Assembly (NCBI GenBank): GCA_900088475.1
Contig: FLMG01000807.1
Span: 1-64,000, forward strand
DNA: 64,000 bases
Direction of reading: 5' to 3'
From: Hyphochytrium catenoides
Taxonomy: Eukaryota > Protista > Hyphochytriomycota
Part shown: in pieces, positions 37,782 to 51,989 of the stretch
How positions within the stretch are numbered: the first letter of the stretch is position 1
How the letters are laid out: every line of letters starts with the position of its first letter
Notes under the pieces: model-generated
Told to the model about the DNA's origin: nothing
Databases searched by the model: none
Seen by the model: the letters and a program-made list of their open reading frames with translations, nothing else
Position numbers and translations under genes: made by a program

Positions 37782-38530
37782 TCGTTCAAGTAGGGCTGAC
37801 CTCTTTTCTGGTCGCTCCTCTACAGCTCACTGCACCAATATAACGTGCTTAGCGCTTGCACGGGATGGTGATCTCAGGGACGGCGGAGTGAACTCCCATG
37901 TCCAATGATATGATGCCCGCTCACGCTCGAGCTCCTGCCACGTTGAGTGAAGCGATGGATCCTTCATCAATGAGAAGCGTGGAAGAAGAGTCTGATAGTG
38001 ATGACTGAGCTACGTCCCTTCAGTTCCCTTGCGTCTGACAGCAAGTTGAAGATGGTGGATGTGCGGATAGGAGCGCACTTTGAAACATACATTAACAGTC
38101 CAACGCACGGTGTTAGATTATCATTAGAAGGACCTTTCTATCGATATGGTTCTAGTAACTAATAGCTCCGTGTATAATGGCCGTTAACGTCCGAGTAAGG
38201 GATGGTGGAGCGCGGTGTCGTTTCTCTTCTTCTCTTCGATGATTCTGAAGACTTCATGAAGCTTGGTATCGAAAAGTTCTCACCCGTCATCTTTGTGCCT
38301 TGTATGAAGCTACGATCCGGTGCCTAGCTAATGACTCGCACCTCTGTTCGATCTCTTACTATGCTAAGGCCGAGTCCACATTCTGATTGAGGATGATGGC
38401 ACTACTGAAGATGTACCATAAGATGCTATACTAAGGAGACTGCGAAGGACTACTTCCTGGCCATTTACACGGTACTCTCTCTAACTAAGCAGTACTGGTG
38501 AGCAGTCGTGGCCCTCTGGAAAGAGACAGA

Positions 38531-41500
38531 ATGGCAGAATTTAGACAGCTGCCAATCAAGCAGTTCGCACAAACAAGAGAGAGAGAGACGCCAGAAGGTG
38601 AGCCATCCACCTCATCACTGCAGCTACTAGGTGCCTCCCTTTATGGCTTCCTTGCTTCTTAGGGCGGTACTGGAGGAAGTTTAGACATCCTATTGTGGAG
38701 CAGCAAGTGGCACATGCGACCCATATTGATTTCTCTCCCGCGGAGCCATATGACTTTGCTGTGACCAGCTCCACAAGGTTGGTGCATTGATCATTGCGAG
38801 CAAAAGAGGGATTAAACTCGACTAACCTTCCCTGGCATCCCATGCCCTGTTCCACTTGTCAGAGTTACTATTTATAGCGGCAAGACCTGCAAGGTCAAGA
38901 AGACTCTTAGCCGATTTCAAGATGTTGCTTATTCAGGTACTGATCCACTTGAAGGGCACTAAGGCATTGTAGACAAAAGAGAGATGGGAAGGAGCCATTG
39001 TGGCGTTGATTGGAAGAAAGGAAGGGAGTGACAGACAAAGGAAAGCTAAACAACACACTATCTTGCGGTTGCCCGCCAGGCTCATACAGAAGCGATGGGA
39101 AACTGATAGTGGCAGGAGGAGAGCAGCCAGTAGTGAAGATCTTTGATCTTGGGTCGAGGACGGTACTTCGCTTGATGCGTGGCCACACAGCGTACGTTTG
39201 CCTTTGCCTTTTTCTACGTTCTTTGGCTCTCAGATGTTGCTCTATATTGGCCCTGAGGAGAGTGTCGAGTTTCTTCCCTCATTAGAACCTTGCCCGCTCC
39301 TAATCAACCCGGTACCGTCCCTATCGTCGCCTTCCTTTAGCCCCGTCCATTGCACCAAATGGGGTACGGATAATACTTCTATTCTCTCCTGCTCGGACGA
39401 TAAGACAGTCAGACTCTGGGACTTGCCCACAGGGAAGAGCGTATCCGCCTTCCTGGGCCATAAGGTAGAGAAGTGCATCCGCCCATAGCATTCAAAATGC
39501 TGACAATAACTGCATGGTGGCGTGATCCCTCTTGACACTCCTCTTTACTAATTCTGGAACTTGCTGTGCACGGGCAGGACTTTGTGCGAACAGCATCCAC
39601 CTCCCCCTCGGATCAGAATGTAAGTCTATTTTTCTTTTCTAATAGCCCCATTGGCTGGCAACTGCATGTGGGAGTGATAACGAATTCATTCTGTCAACTG
39701 TCAGCAGCCTGAATTTATGCCTCTTCCTTTCGCTCCTGCTCCGTTGCTCGTGCTCTTCGACCTTGCTCGTCGTGCTGGTGGTCCTGTCTTGTCAGTCACC
39801 GCTTCTGCTTGTTCTGCGCTTTCCATTCCCTTACTTTAAAAGCAACGACTCTAACGTCAGTCTCTTTAGGTGTGGGCCACAGGTTCTTATGACCACAGTG
39901 TTAAATTATGGGATGTGAGGTCGGAGTCGCGAACTCCCCTCACATCGTTGGACCACGGGTCGCCTGTGGAAGCTTGCCTCTTTTTGCCGGGAGGAAGTTT
40001 TGTCGTCACCGCGGGGAGTAATGTGATCAAAGTTTGGGATATTCTTGCGGGAGCCAAGCTAGTAAACTCGTTCTCAAATCATCAGAAGGTAATGAAATTA
40101 GTTTGCCTGTCTCGGGTTTAACAGGGTGGAGTCTGCCTAATTGTCTGTTATAAACTGATAATTGGTGCCGAATAGTCTTTGACCTTGCTACTTCGTTCCC
40201 TGCTCTTGCCTGAACCCTCAGACCATCACTACGTTAGCTTTGGATGGAACTGCAACTCGATTGCTATCGGGGTCACTAGACGGACATATCAAGATCTATG
40301 ACCTTCGAACCTATGAGGTCACGTACGGGATCAAGTGCACAGGGCCCATACTCAGCCTTGGGCTGTCGGTAAGCTAAACCGATTAACATTGAGATCCGAT
40401 AGAGTAATGAGGTTATATCCCGGTCATTATCGCAATAAATTTGAGTCTTTCTGCTATTTCGGGTAGAATGAGTATAGAGAGTGAACGAAGGGAGGAGGGC
40501 ATCAAGGCTTGTGGGTTCACGGCTATCTGCTATTTATGCTGCTCTGTCTCCAGCGGTCGAACAGTCTCCTGGTCACGGGAACCGCCGATAACGCCCTTAC
40601 TATACGGCAGCGAGTTGTCAAGGTATGATAATTTTTTAATGTGTCCTTATCGTCCAGCTTATGCTCCCCGTTCTTCTCATGGCCACTCCTGCTTACCTTC
40701 TCACTTCCTTCCCATGAATCTGCGGTTGCGACAGGGTGCCGAGATTGCCGAACAGAAATCTCAGGAGACCCTTCTCAAGGGAGGAACATACAGATTTTTT
40801 CTTAGAGGGAAGAACTCAGACGCGGGACCAGACGACTTCCGCGTCGAGGCTCACAGAAAAGCCCGTCTTAGACCTTATGATCAGGCGCTCAAGAAGTTCA
40901 AATACCAGGAAGCTCTTGATGCAGCTCTGGCGGTAAGAAAAACAAGTGCCATTCACAGATGTTGAGCACCTTCCAAGTTCAAATCTCTCCTTCGGCTCCC
41001 TTGGCACGACGGCCATCGGTAAGAGGGTAACCTTACAGTTCTGTTCTTTTCCATGCACTGCTCCTCATAGACACGACAGCCTGTGGCAGTAGTTAGTTTG
41101 CTGGAAGAGCTGATCTACAGAAATGGACTGACTATCGCATTCTCCGGAAGGTAGTATCTTGCTCTTTCTTCGGCTCTCGTGAGTCAATTACTCAATAACC
41201 TCCCCTTTCCGCTCGACCGGATCCTCTATATGAAGCGCTTTCGGCCTCATAGTGAGAGCTATTAGGCGCCCTGGCTGATTGATGAACCTAACTAGGCCAC
41301 TGTCTCTCTGATGCTTCTTGCTGCAGGGATGAGATCTCTCTTGAACCACTTGTGTCGTTCATGATCAAGTATATAACGAATCCTCGATACTCTATGCTTC
41401 TTATCACCGTCTGCAGCACCCTTATAGGTAGGATGTTCACGGAAGCGCCTGCCCTTTCTCTCTAGAGTTCTATCTTATCAAGCATGAGCTCTTCTTTATT

Positions 41501-41874
41501 ACTCTCGCTTGCTGATTGTCTCGTAGCCGTATGCCATACGAACATTGATGCAATTTGGTTGAAGCTAGGGCGCTCCTTTATGATAATCTTACCAAGAGGC
41601 GACCATCTTTGGTCGTATGATGCTTTGACTCCATCTCTGACCTGATCCTTACTTGTAATCTGTTATTGCAGACATTTATGCCCCGGTGGTAGGACAATCG
41701 ATGATAATCGACGAACTATTTTTCAAGCTCCAGACACGGCTGAAGCAGGAAATCCGGTTCCAGAAGCAGATGTTAGGCCTTCTTGGCTCTTTAGATACAA
41801 TCCTCGCCGCAGCTAGCTCTACACCGAGTTTAGGTCATGAGTCAGACGATGTGGCTGCGGTCGATGTTAGCTAA
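38531..41874 (+). CDS. UTP15: U3 snoRNA-associated protein 15 (WD40 plus UTP15_C), multi-exon
   Basis: MAEFRQLPIK...TPE.RYWRKF, DFAVTSSTR, SRFQDVAYSGSYRSDGKL, GSYDHSVKLWD, NHQKTIT, L.PYD..LKKFKY.EALD, GRDE.SLEPL. Confidence 0.93.
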
Positions 41875-42410
41875 TACGGATAACATCTTCACAGAGCATG
41901 TGGAGCAAAGCAGGTGATAACTACGAAGAGTTAGCCCCTTAGCAGGACCTCTCCTTATCGAGCAACCTAATTCCAGTGTCATTGCTGGTTGGCGCTGCCT
42001 TGTTTGCACAGTTGATCCAAGCTCAGCAATGAACTCTTGGTCATTTCCTCCTTCGCCTCAGACTTCTATCACTCTCGCTCGTCGCCTTATTGTCAGTGTC
42101 CCTGCTCCACGCTCCTGCGCCACCTTGAATGCTAAGAGAAACAAGGCTCTTCTTGCCACATATATTATATGTGTATCATCAATGGCTAGCCGTAACATCC
42201 CTTTATGATGAATAACGGCTTTGAGGATGGGAGGACTGGCCGTTAGCGGGTTATCATGCTTACAACTTGAACAAAATAGGGAGGAGGGAGGAGGGAAAAA
42301 GACAGAGGTAAGAGAGAGATGGTGTACTGTAGGAAAGAAAGCGAGCGAGATGGAGACAGACAGAGCGAGAGGGAGGCAGAGAGAGACCGAGAGAGGGAAG
42401 AGAATGAGTA

Positions 42411-42419
42411 ACAGAGAGA

Positions 42420-42467
<48 letters not shown>

Positions 42468-42484
42468 AAAGAGAGAGAGAGAGA
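42411..42484. repeat. (AG)n microsatellite
   Basis: Direct observation. Confidence 0.95.
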
Positions 42485-43027
42485 GGAAAGAGAATGAGAG
42501 AAAGGAAGTGTAAGCAATAAAGCTAAGTTGGTGCTTGAACTGACCTTACTAACAAGCTGACACCGGAGATCTATAAACAGTCAGGGCATGTTGGACTGAG
42601 GAAGGGGGAAGCCTGACGAATGACACGCTGCCCGGCCAGCAAAACACATAGACAAGAGCTTTGCCTCCGCCTTCATCCCGATAATCGCCTGCCGGCGGCT
42701 AAGCAGAGAGACGGGGCCATTGCCTGCTCACTCCAAAGCGGGAAAGCTGAGCATACCGATGCTGCTGGCCATGCCATCTGGCCTGTGAGGGACCTCCTTA
42801 CCAGGAACCATCCCGCTTCCCTTCTGTAGCGCTGTAGCGCTCAAATCTTGTGCCCGTCTTTCCCTTCTCAGGGTCCCTCTTCAGATGCTGGCTAACCTTG
42901 GCACTTAGGTCGCTTAAGGGCCGCGAAAGATCTGAAGCGGAGACTGAAGAAGAATAGGGAGTTGAAAGTGGGAGAGAGACGGAGAGACAGACAGAGAAAG
43001 GCAGTTGGGCTTTCATTGCCTGGAGCC

Positions 43028-46000
43028 ATGAACGATGAGACGCTCCAATCTCTTCAGAGCCTCAATGAAAGGCTGCTGGAGGTCAAGGAGAGTGTCTCAA
43101 GAGTAGAAGTGAGCCTCGATGACTGTGAACCGCCCTCGTTCTCCAGGAGCAAGAGCACCCATAGCACACAGCAGTTTCCGCCTCCGCCTCCCCATCATGC
43201 CCGCTCGCGCTCTCTGGGTAATGTGATAGAGGACTTGAGCCCTCTTGAAGAGGGAGAGCCTCTCAGCAAGGCTATGGGAAGCAAAGCAGAAGACAGATTT
43301 TCACTGGGAGGAGGAGACGAAGGAGGAGAAAGAGGGAAAGAAAGAGAGCTTCAGCGCGCTTCTTCGCATGTCAAACCAGGCACTTATGATTCTGAACTGC
43401 AAGTGAAGCTGGAGCTGGCCTTAGAGTATCTTCTGATGAAGATCTCCAGCTCTCCTCAGCTCTTTAACGAGCTCATTGACGAGAACTTGCACGGTGTTCT
43501 GCAAGAGATTTTCGATAGAGAGAGGATCCAGCAGATATTCTTCATGGATGAAGGAGAGAGAGGCAGCAAAGCGAAGCCCGGCGTTATGCAAGCTGAAGCA
43601 CTTGACCAGGTAAGAGAGAAAGAGAGATGGACTCTCATTGAAAATGAGACGAAGAGCAGAGAGAAAGATCGTCACCAGTCCCCATGGGTGACAGAGAGAA
43701 ATGAATAAAGAAAGACCCTATGCAGGGACAGAAGGCAGGCAGAAAGGACATAGATGTTGACAACGCAGGAAGGGAGATGGATGCGCAATACATATGTGCA
43801 TAGGAGAAGGTTGACCCTGTCTTAAATTTTGCTGTCCTTAGCCTCTAGAAGCGATCCAATCATCGTCTGATCAGCCCGAAAATGGTCCTTCTCCTTATGA
43901 AGTGGCGGAGAACCCCAGATATGCGTCTTTAGAGCAGGTGGAGCAGTTGGAGGAAGATAAGACGGGGATGAGGGAAGGCGCTGGCCAGCAGCAACCTGTT
44001 CCTTCTTCCCTCCCTCGACCTCCTTCAATTCCTTTACCTCTGCCTCTGCCTTCTGTGGCGCTGTCTCCGGATTCCGTGGGCGGTAGGTAATAGAATTAGT
44101 ATGAGCCGTTCGTTCGGTCGCTTCTCAAGTTTCCCCCATCCTACTACTGTTAGTCCTTTCTTCTTTCCTCTTCAGGCGTCTCTCGTTCGCTCTGTCGTGC
44201 TTCTCTTCACGCAGGCACGAGGGGTTGGGTAGGTTTCCCTCAAGTCCGGGGCCTAACTGTCCCGTGCATCCCCTCCTACTTGCTCCCAGCTTTCTCTATT
44301 ATCTCCATCTCTTCCTCAAGAATGATCCTTAGGCTCCTTCTATTACACTATCTGCGGTTTCTTCTCCTGTTCCCTATGTTTAGCTGAGGCGGATGAATGG
44401 GCGGACGATGAAGACTGCGGCTATGTGGCCGTGCCCATAAGTGATAAGGAATTCAAAGCTCTGGAGGAGGAGATGCTCAGAAAGAATAAGATGAACATCA
44501 GCATGGCTCGGCAAGAAGACCGGAGGAGGAGTGAATCCTTCAAGGTAGGCTGAAGTTTGAAAGTTAACTACTACGGTTATGGTCTCTCTGGTCCTCTTTT
44601 CTCTTCGTACCTTCCTCTCCCTCTGTCGCTCTCTCTCTGTCCTTCGCTCCCTTTCTCTCTCTCTCTCCCGTTTCCTCTCTCGTTCTCTCTCTGCTCTCTG
44701 TGTCCCAATGTCCTGCTCTCACAAGTGTGGCCTCGTCTTGGTCATGCAGTCGTTATTATGTCAGTTTCTTGTTAAGTTGTCCTAGTGCTTCCTCACCAGC
44801 AGCTACTGATACTTCTGGACGCTCTGCCATCTTTCTCGGCATCTGTGCCTATCTTGAGCAGCTGGACACGATCTCTCCATCTGTGGCCTCGATCCCTTCC
44901 CAAACAACGGACAGCGATCACACGCCAGATCCCTTCATATCCGAAGGAAGAGAAGGAAGAAGAGAAAGTAACGGAGACATTGAGGATGGGGAACTGTATA
45001 GCAGCGCTTACGGCTCAGATTATGAGGAGGATCTAGCACGAGCCTACGATCATCTGAAACTCAGTCTCAACCCAGAAGGACTTGGTGGTAGATTATTCCT
45101 CTCCGCTATAACGTCAGCTCTCCTTTTCTCCGCGTCCTAATCTATTTCTCTGTGGCTTGTTCAGGAGTGGGCGGGCTCTTAATAGGCCCCATGCTGCCAG
45201 GAGATCAAGGCCTTGAAGACGAGAGAGGAGGAATCAGAGACTCTCAGCCGAATCTTACTGACAGTCAGAGTTTTAATGGTACGGAGAATCTCCTTTCCCA
45301 TTTTGTAGGACTTCTTCTGGCCCTTCTTTTGCTGCTTCTAGTGATCTGTCCTGTCCTTGGATGTCGTCAGCCCTAGTGATACCCCTCCTTAGACCTTTCT
45401 CCTCTCTCTATGATACTTTCCCGCAATGCTGCTTTCCTCGTTGAATTCCTGTGAGCGCTCTGCTACCGACTTCTGATAGCTTGCCCATATCTGTGCACTA
45501 GATCCTTCTTCCCCAACATTCTCCCCTGTAACGGGCTCAATGGGTGATCCGTCATCTCCGAAATCTCCTGATGGAAGCGGCATCGCCTCAGCAGTCTGGC
45601 CCAGGCAACCTCATCAATTTGCCTTCTCCCAGGAGAATGATGGAGAAAGTGATGAAGTCTACAGCGAGAATGATGCTTCCCTGTCAGCGGCTGCAGACTC
45701 CATATCAGGAGAAGGTAAGGAGCCGAGGGCAAAAGTGAGGGAGTGGAATCGCATGTGGAGGCGGGTAAGAGCCAAGAGAAGATGTGATACGTTAGGCAAA
45801 GAGATCAAGAGAGTGAAGGAAGGGAAAGGGACATACCTTGATGAAGACGTCGGAAGTGGTAGCGAAGGAAGAGTGGCTAGAATCTAACTGTTATTTCATG
45901 CCATGTCCTGGCCTGTGCTAGGTCATCGTCCCACTCTTTCAGAGGACAAGCCCGATAAAGCTCGTTCAAAGGCTAATTCTATTGATTCGTCGCGCTCCCT

Positions 46001-48145
46001 CTCTTTGTATTCTACACCACCTATGGAGGCGCCAGAGTCTTCATTCACCTCTTCTAGCAACGATTACGAAGTTTTCCACTTAAAGGTAGTACATAGGCCT
46101 TTTTCCACAGGGTTTGAAGAGAGCAAGGACTTCAAAGTTAGCCGCGGTTCTGTCATTGCTGGCAGGTTTAAGGTACAGGCCCCACATCTCAGATCCTTCC
46201 CGCCCCTTATACTACTCTGTTTTGCTGCTTTTTAATTGTACGTTGCTCACTTTCACCCTTTCTTTGAATATGCCTGATGCCCTTACAATGTAACCGCCGC
46301 CCTGCTATCCTTGCGCTTGTCTCTGACTTATCTGGCTCGCCGGACAGGTGGTAGATTTCTTGGGAGAGGCTGCCTTCAGCACTGCTTATCATTGTGAGGA
46401 CCTTGAGCTGGGCATCCCGGTGTGCATCAAGGTGATCAAGAACAACAAAGATTTCTTTGATCAGAGCCTGGACGAGATTAAGCTGCTCAAGTACATTAAC
46501 TCCAAGGGAGACTCCGACAAGTTTCACTTGCTTAGGCTCTATGACTCTTTCTATTTCAAGGAACATTTATTTATTGTTACAGAGGTAAGCCGACTTGGAA
46601 TCTGGATTTGCTTATCTCTCCCGTCCTCATCTCCGGCGATCCTGTTTTCTCCTCCCTAACAAAGTGAACGCCTTGCTTTCTCTTGGAAGTGCCCCACTGT
46701 CTGTGGCTCGTTCCGGTTCAACCGCAGTCTACATCTTTGCTCTGCCTCCGCTCCTCCATTGCTCCAAGCTAACTACATGGTGTCCAGCTTTTGAGAGACA
46801 ATCTCTATGAGTTTTCAAAGTACAATCGCGAGTGTGGCGACTCTTCCTACTTCAACCTTTCACGGTTAAGGAAGATCAGCCGACAGTGCCTTGTTGCACT
46901 GCGGTTTATCCACTCCCTGAACATCATTCATAGCGATCTTAAGCCTGAGAATATTCTGATCAAGAGCTATAGTCGCTGTGAAGTGAAGATCATCGACTTC
47001 GGCTCCAGCTGCTTCACGACGGATCACATGAGCTCGTACATACAGTCGCGATCCTACAGAGCACCAGAGGTATCTATCCGCCTTGTCAACATCACCTACT
47101 CCAACCTACTTTGAGTAGTGGACTCCCCTCCACCAAGCGCAGACTAGGCGCTCCCCCATATAACTTTGATAAAAGATATAAACCGGTGAACTGGCTCTGA
47201 ATGGCCGATCGTTATTACCCTCTGTCTGCCTCTGGGCGCGGGCCTTCTTCTTACACTTATTGGAGTCTGAATCCCTTTCTTCTCCGTTGTCCGTAGGTGA
47301 TCTTTGGGGCACCCTATAGTCAGAAGATTGATATTTGGTCTCTCGGCTGCATTATAGCGGAGCTCTATACGGGTCGCGTACTCTTCCAAAACGATTCGAT
47401 TCAGACTCTTCTAGCGAGGATTGTCTCCATTATAGGTAAGCGTTCATTGACAGCAAGGGGAAAGTCATGCGGCATGTTGGGTGCTTGATAGAGGAACGGG
47501 CGTGTAACGAGCGAGGAGCAGCCAGAACGAACAGTATAGACGAGGAAGGTAATGGGCCCGGAAGCCAAGAGAGCGAGCGAAATGATAGAAAGAAGGGGTA
47601 GAAAGAGCATCACCTTCATGTCACTCCAACCGGTGCCTCTGTCTCGTCTATCGCGCAGGACCTTTCCCAGAGAACTTAATGCAGAGAGGGAGAGAGGTGC
47701 CGAAGCTTTTCACAGCGAATCAAACACTTTTTGAGCCTTCGCGAGAAGGAGAGGGCTTTGTTTTGCTCTATCCGAAGAAGACGAGCCTGCGCCAACGTAT
47801 CAAATGCCAGGATGATCTCTTCTTAGACTTCCTGTCCAAGCTGCTAGAGATTGATCCAGACAGGAGGTTGGTTGACTTAAGTTCCCTCAAGCTTCCTCGT
47901 CCACTTGCGTCCTTCTTTTCACCTGTGTTCCTACTCTCTCCATCCACGGCACATTATCTGACATGTGCAACTGCATTCATCTCCCTTGTTCCCTATCCGT
48001 CTGCCCCATTCCGTGTGTCTCGGATAGATAGTATAAAAGGATCAGCTTTTGCTGCGCTGTAATCTAACTGTCCCCATTCACGTTTAGGCCATCTGCAGAG
48101 GAAGCTCTTCGTCACCCTTGGCTAAACGTAGAAGATTATGAATGA
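43028..48145 (+). CDS. CMGC/DYRK family kinase, DYRKP-type, with long N-terminal region, multi-exon
   Basis: TGFEESKDF...IAGRF..VDFLGEAAFS, KVIKNNKDFFDQSLDEIKLL, HSDLKPENILIKSYSRCEVKIIDFGSSCF, SSYIQSRSYRAPEV, ending EALRHPWL. Confidence 0.92.
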
Positions 48146-48476
48146 ATAAGCTAGACTAGAGAATAATATAGCGAGGAGGAGTTGATAGCTGAGACGGGCT
48201 TACAAAGGGCAAATGGCCCTTGTACACTAGGAAAGCAGATATGACGCGGCTTTCGTTGTTAACTATATTTGTCATTCATTACTGATTTGTCCAGTTAGGA
48301 CTTTGAAAGAAATACAACGGCAGCTATCTGCCATCAACGCGCGGCACGATGACGCGACAGTGAGAAAGACAGACTGAAAAAAAGGAAATGCCTGGAGCGG
48401 AAAGTAAGGGTGGATTAGAGGTAGAGGAGGGCACTATATCAGCAGATTCAGTGACTTGCTGGGCAGAGGAAGAGCC

Positions 48477-50681
48477 CTATCGGGCCAGTGCTCTTTCCTT
48501 GCGAAGGGAGAACATGAATCTATAAATCAGCTGAGAGATCTTCTCTTGCGTCATCAACATTAAGGCGCTCTTCAGCACAGTATTCAAAAGTTGGGCCCCA
48601 CAACCCCGATACAGGCCCTCAGGACCCTCGGTTCCGAGTATACGCGCTAGCATCGCAGCCAGGCCTGGAGAAGAAGCTGTTGGGGACTGCTCTCTCTTCC
48701 TCTCTGCTTGCATTAGCACCTAGGAGTCATAAAGACACCATAATGAGATGAATGAAGAGAGACGACTGTAGAGATCGTCTAGGTATCACTTGTCAAGCCC
48801 ACTTGCGTTTGCTCTATAGAAGACGGCATTCTAGTTATCCCTCGAAGTCTCCTCTAGCTAAGTCTAATTCTCGCCTTGGATTGTTGGAGGGTCCAACGTT
48901 GCGCACCCAGTCTACCAGTGTTAGTCATCTATTAGGGTCTGGAGCTTACCTTCGCCCGAATTAGGGGATAAGTGATGACGGTCGCGATGGCCTTAGCAAG
49001 GGCAGCAAGAACAAAGGCTTCAAAGGCCGTCAAATTCTTCGCCCTGACCCTGGCGCCGTAACGCTGAGCTCTAAATCTAAGCAGTACAAGCTTGAGCTGG
49101 TCAAAGAGCGTGTAGTTGATGGCTGGATTCGAGACGAGGACCATTGAGGGAAGAAACCCCTTCCAGAAGGCACAAAGTCCGTTTTCTTTGCGTAGTTCGT
49201 TGATAGCGCCAGGAACCGTGAGCGTCTAGAATGGGCATAGAGAGAGGTGGGAGACGGAAGCGCCTTTTGAGCTCAATGCCAACGTGGTGTTTCTCTTGCC
49301 CTTGCTCACCATCGTCCCTCTCCTAATATACGAATTATTCACTACGTTACTCCCTCTTCGCCGCTTACACCCTAAAACTGAACTGCCATATCTGTTATCC
49401 TCAGATCGCTTGTTCCTAGAGATTGTCTCTTTCCGTCCTTGCAGTGGCAGCACTGTCTGTCCTCTTTCTGAGGGTAATCTGTACAGTGCATCTATGGATT
49501 TGTGTCCGCAGCAAGCGATGTTAAGCTGTCTACCTCAACCGCTGCAAGAGCCTACACCGTTTCCTTCGCCAATAGTCTTACCTTATCGACCTGAACTCTT
49601 GTCGTCACCACCTCAAGCGGCAGTGTTAAGGACATGTTCATCGCTCCAGCCAGAGAGGCAACAAGTAGATTAGCCCCTGAGCTCATCTTCGCTCCGGTCT
49701 TCGCATAGAGAGACTTCAGCATAGAGTAGCAGTAAAAGTAGGTGAAGGCAGAGGCCACCGTGGACAGGCACTTTGGGCCAATGCCCACAAATAATCCGCT
49801 AGGGCCGTCCTTTCTTACAATATCAAGGATGATTTGGGTAAGGCCCGGTGCAACACCTTCTGCCTCCTTCTTTTGCTGTTGACGGAAGGACACAAGAATC
49901 GTTAAAGAAGCTTTGCTTGAGAAGTCTACTCCCCAAGTTTGCAGGTAGAACGTCAACGGAAAATGCTAGAGAATGGAATGCGGATCAAGAGTATGAAGAC
50001 AGCCAAACGTCCCATTGCGGTGATGACAGAGAATCGAGTTCGGAGAAGAAAGCTGGTACCAGAACTGAGACTAACAAGAGACAGCAGGCGACATACAAGA
50101 AATCCAAACAAAAAAGAGGAAAGCACAACTAACTTCTGAGCAGCCCATAGGAACGGTGATGAAGTAGTCTAGGTAGAGAACGCTCTGGTAAGGAGTAAGC
50201 CAGTGATCCTTACGTCCTCAAACGTGACCTTGAGAGAAGAGACATTCTTTTTGTCTCCTCCGTCAGAGGCCCTTCTCGCCCGCCTATCATGGGCCGTATC
50301 CTTCTGTTTCTTGGCATCCTTTTCCTCCTTTGTATTGTTTTCGAGAAGAACCATAGGGGAAGCTCCTCTCTTGGACTGAATTTGCTTCAAGACCTTCGCA
50401 TAGTCCAAAGGATACAGCGCAACGCAGGAGAACAATGCCCCGGCAGCTCCGGCCTGCCAGATAATCCCAAGAACATATGAGAAGCAGTAAAAAGAGCTGG
50501 TGCTACGAAGAGTTAGGTGAAAGGTAATTCATCATCAAGGCTAGGATTCAAGAAAGTGTTTCGTGCTGAAGAGGTACTTCAATCGAACAAGCAGACACGG
50601 CAAGGCCTTGTCTCGTCGACCTTATCGCAGGGCGCTTACCGAGGCATCGACGAAGGCCTTGAACCCTGAGTCTTGCGGCAT
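48477..50681 (-). CDS. Mitochondrial-carrier-family protein, peroxisomal adenine nucleotide/CoA carrier type (PNC/ANT1/SLC25A17-like)
   Basis: Three carrier repeats (YPLDYAK, LPLEVVTTRVQ, YPLIRAKV) plus subfamily-like motifs AFVDASAGAAG, FTYFYCYS, LVSNPAINYTLFDQLK and LKSAL. Confidence 0.85.
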
Positions 50682-51099
50682 ACTAGTCTACGCTCAAGGC
50701 ACTCTTCGCTTTGTCTGCGCTCCGTCTGCCCTGTATTCCCTGTGTTCCTTCAGTTTAAGAGCCGGTCACGATGCTCATGGAAGGAGGTAAAGTTCTATCG
50801 GGCCAGACAGGATAGACAGAAGAAGCGTCCGACGATTTCTAAGAGAATCAAAAAGCTCCTCTTATGACAATCTGCAGATTATCTTTTGAGCTCTCCAGTC
50901 AGCACATCCAATAATCTGTCTTTTGTCTCTGTTCCTCTGGCTGTTCAAGAACGGCGCTCTTGAAGCTTGAAGCAAGCAATCAGAGGAACCAGGAGACAGA
51001 GGAAGGAGAGCGTCAAGACAGAAATAGAGAGAAAGGGAGAAGAGAAAGAGTGATATAAGTGAAAGGAAAGACAGAGGAGAGTGAAAGAGCGAAATAACC

Positions 51100-51525
51100 C
51101 CATAGAGGCTATATTAAAGAGAGACAGAGTGAGACGGATATGGTTATTGACGAGACAGAGAGGAAGAGAGAGAGAGAGATTGACAGAGAGATATCAGCTC
51201 TGCGGGGGTTGAGGTCTATTTTCCTCCCACGTCCGACTCCTCCTTGGGCACCAACAGTGGTGAGACTCAGAAAATAAAATCTATTCACGATATAAAAGGT
51301 TTTAGTAGAAAATTATGAACACTCCCTTATCCATACATACAGTACTTACCAATTTATATTTTATCAGTTTTTTTCCAGCAAAACCTGATTGGCCTAAACC
51401 TTCTTGGCTACCATATTATTAGAGAGAATGACAGGGGCTTTTGAGATTTCTTTCACATTTATTCCACAAAAACCTCATTTACCGCTTATGTGCGTTCCGT
51501 CCAAACACGCCCGGTAGTTCCTAGT
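51100..51525 (+). mobile_element. Possible non-autonomous Helitron remnant
   Basis: AT-rich island ending in a GC-rich imperfect hairpin followed by CTAG|T (ccgtccaaacacgcccggtagttcctagt); 5' boundary uncertain. Confidence 0.3.
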
Positions 51526-51989
51526 GTGTCTATAACTTCTATAACGGACAAATCAGCATTCTTGTGATGCCGTCACGCAAGCAAAGTGGTGATGCACTGA
51601 TGGGACCAGCAAATAAGAGAGAGAGAGTATTGATGGCAGACGCGGCTCTACGTAGATGACAACACGGAGCTCATTAGCTAAACACTCGAGTGATAAGGTG
51701 GTCAGCCTCTACGGTTGCTTATGGGACCCTTTGGGGGTGATGGTCTGTCTTGGTTTGCTGAGCGCCACATGTCACTTGCCTTCCCTACGTCGTCTCATCA
51801 AAGTTAGAAGCATGATCTGGCGCGACAATCTCTGTTATGGACCGGAGCTTGGAGGTCATGAAGCACACTACTTTATTAAACTTCTGGAAGAGATCAAGAA
51901 CTAAATGGTGAAGTAAGGTGCTCTTCGAATGATGTGTGCCGGGTCACTGGCAAAGAGCTCAAACGCACCAAATCCCGCTAGACGATTGA

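Noticed and set aside
37800-38450. Short ORFs between the SMAP gene and UTP15 (e.g. MSNDMMP...EEESDSDD)
   Set aside because: Too short, no consistent splice model, no recognised family
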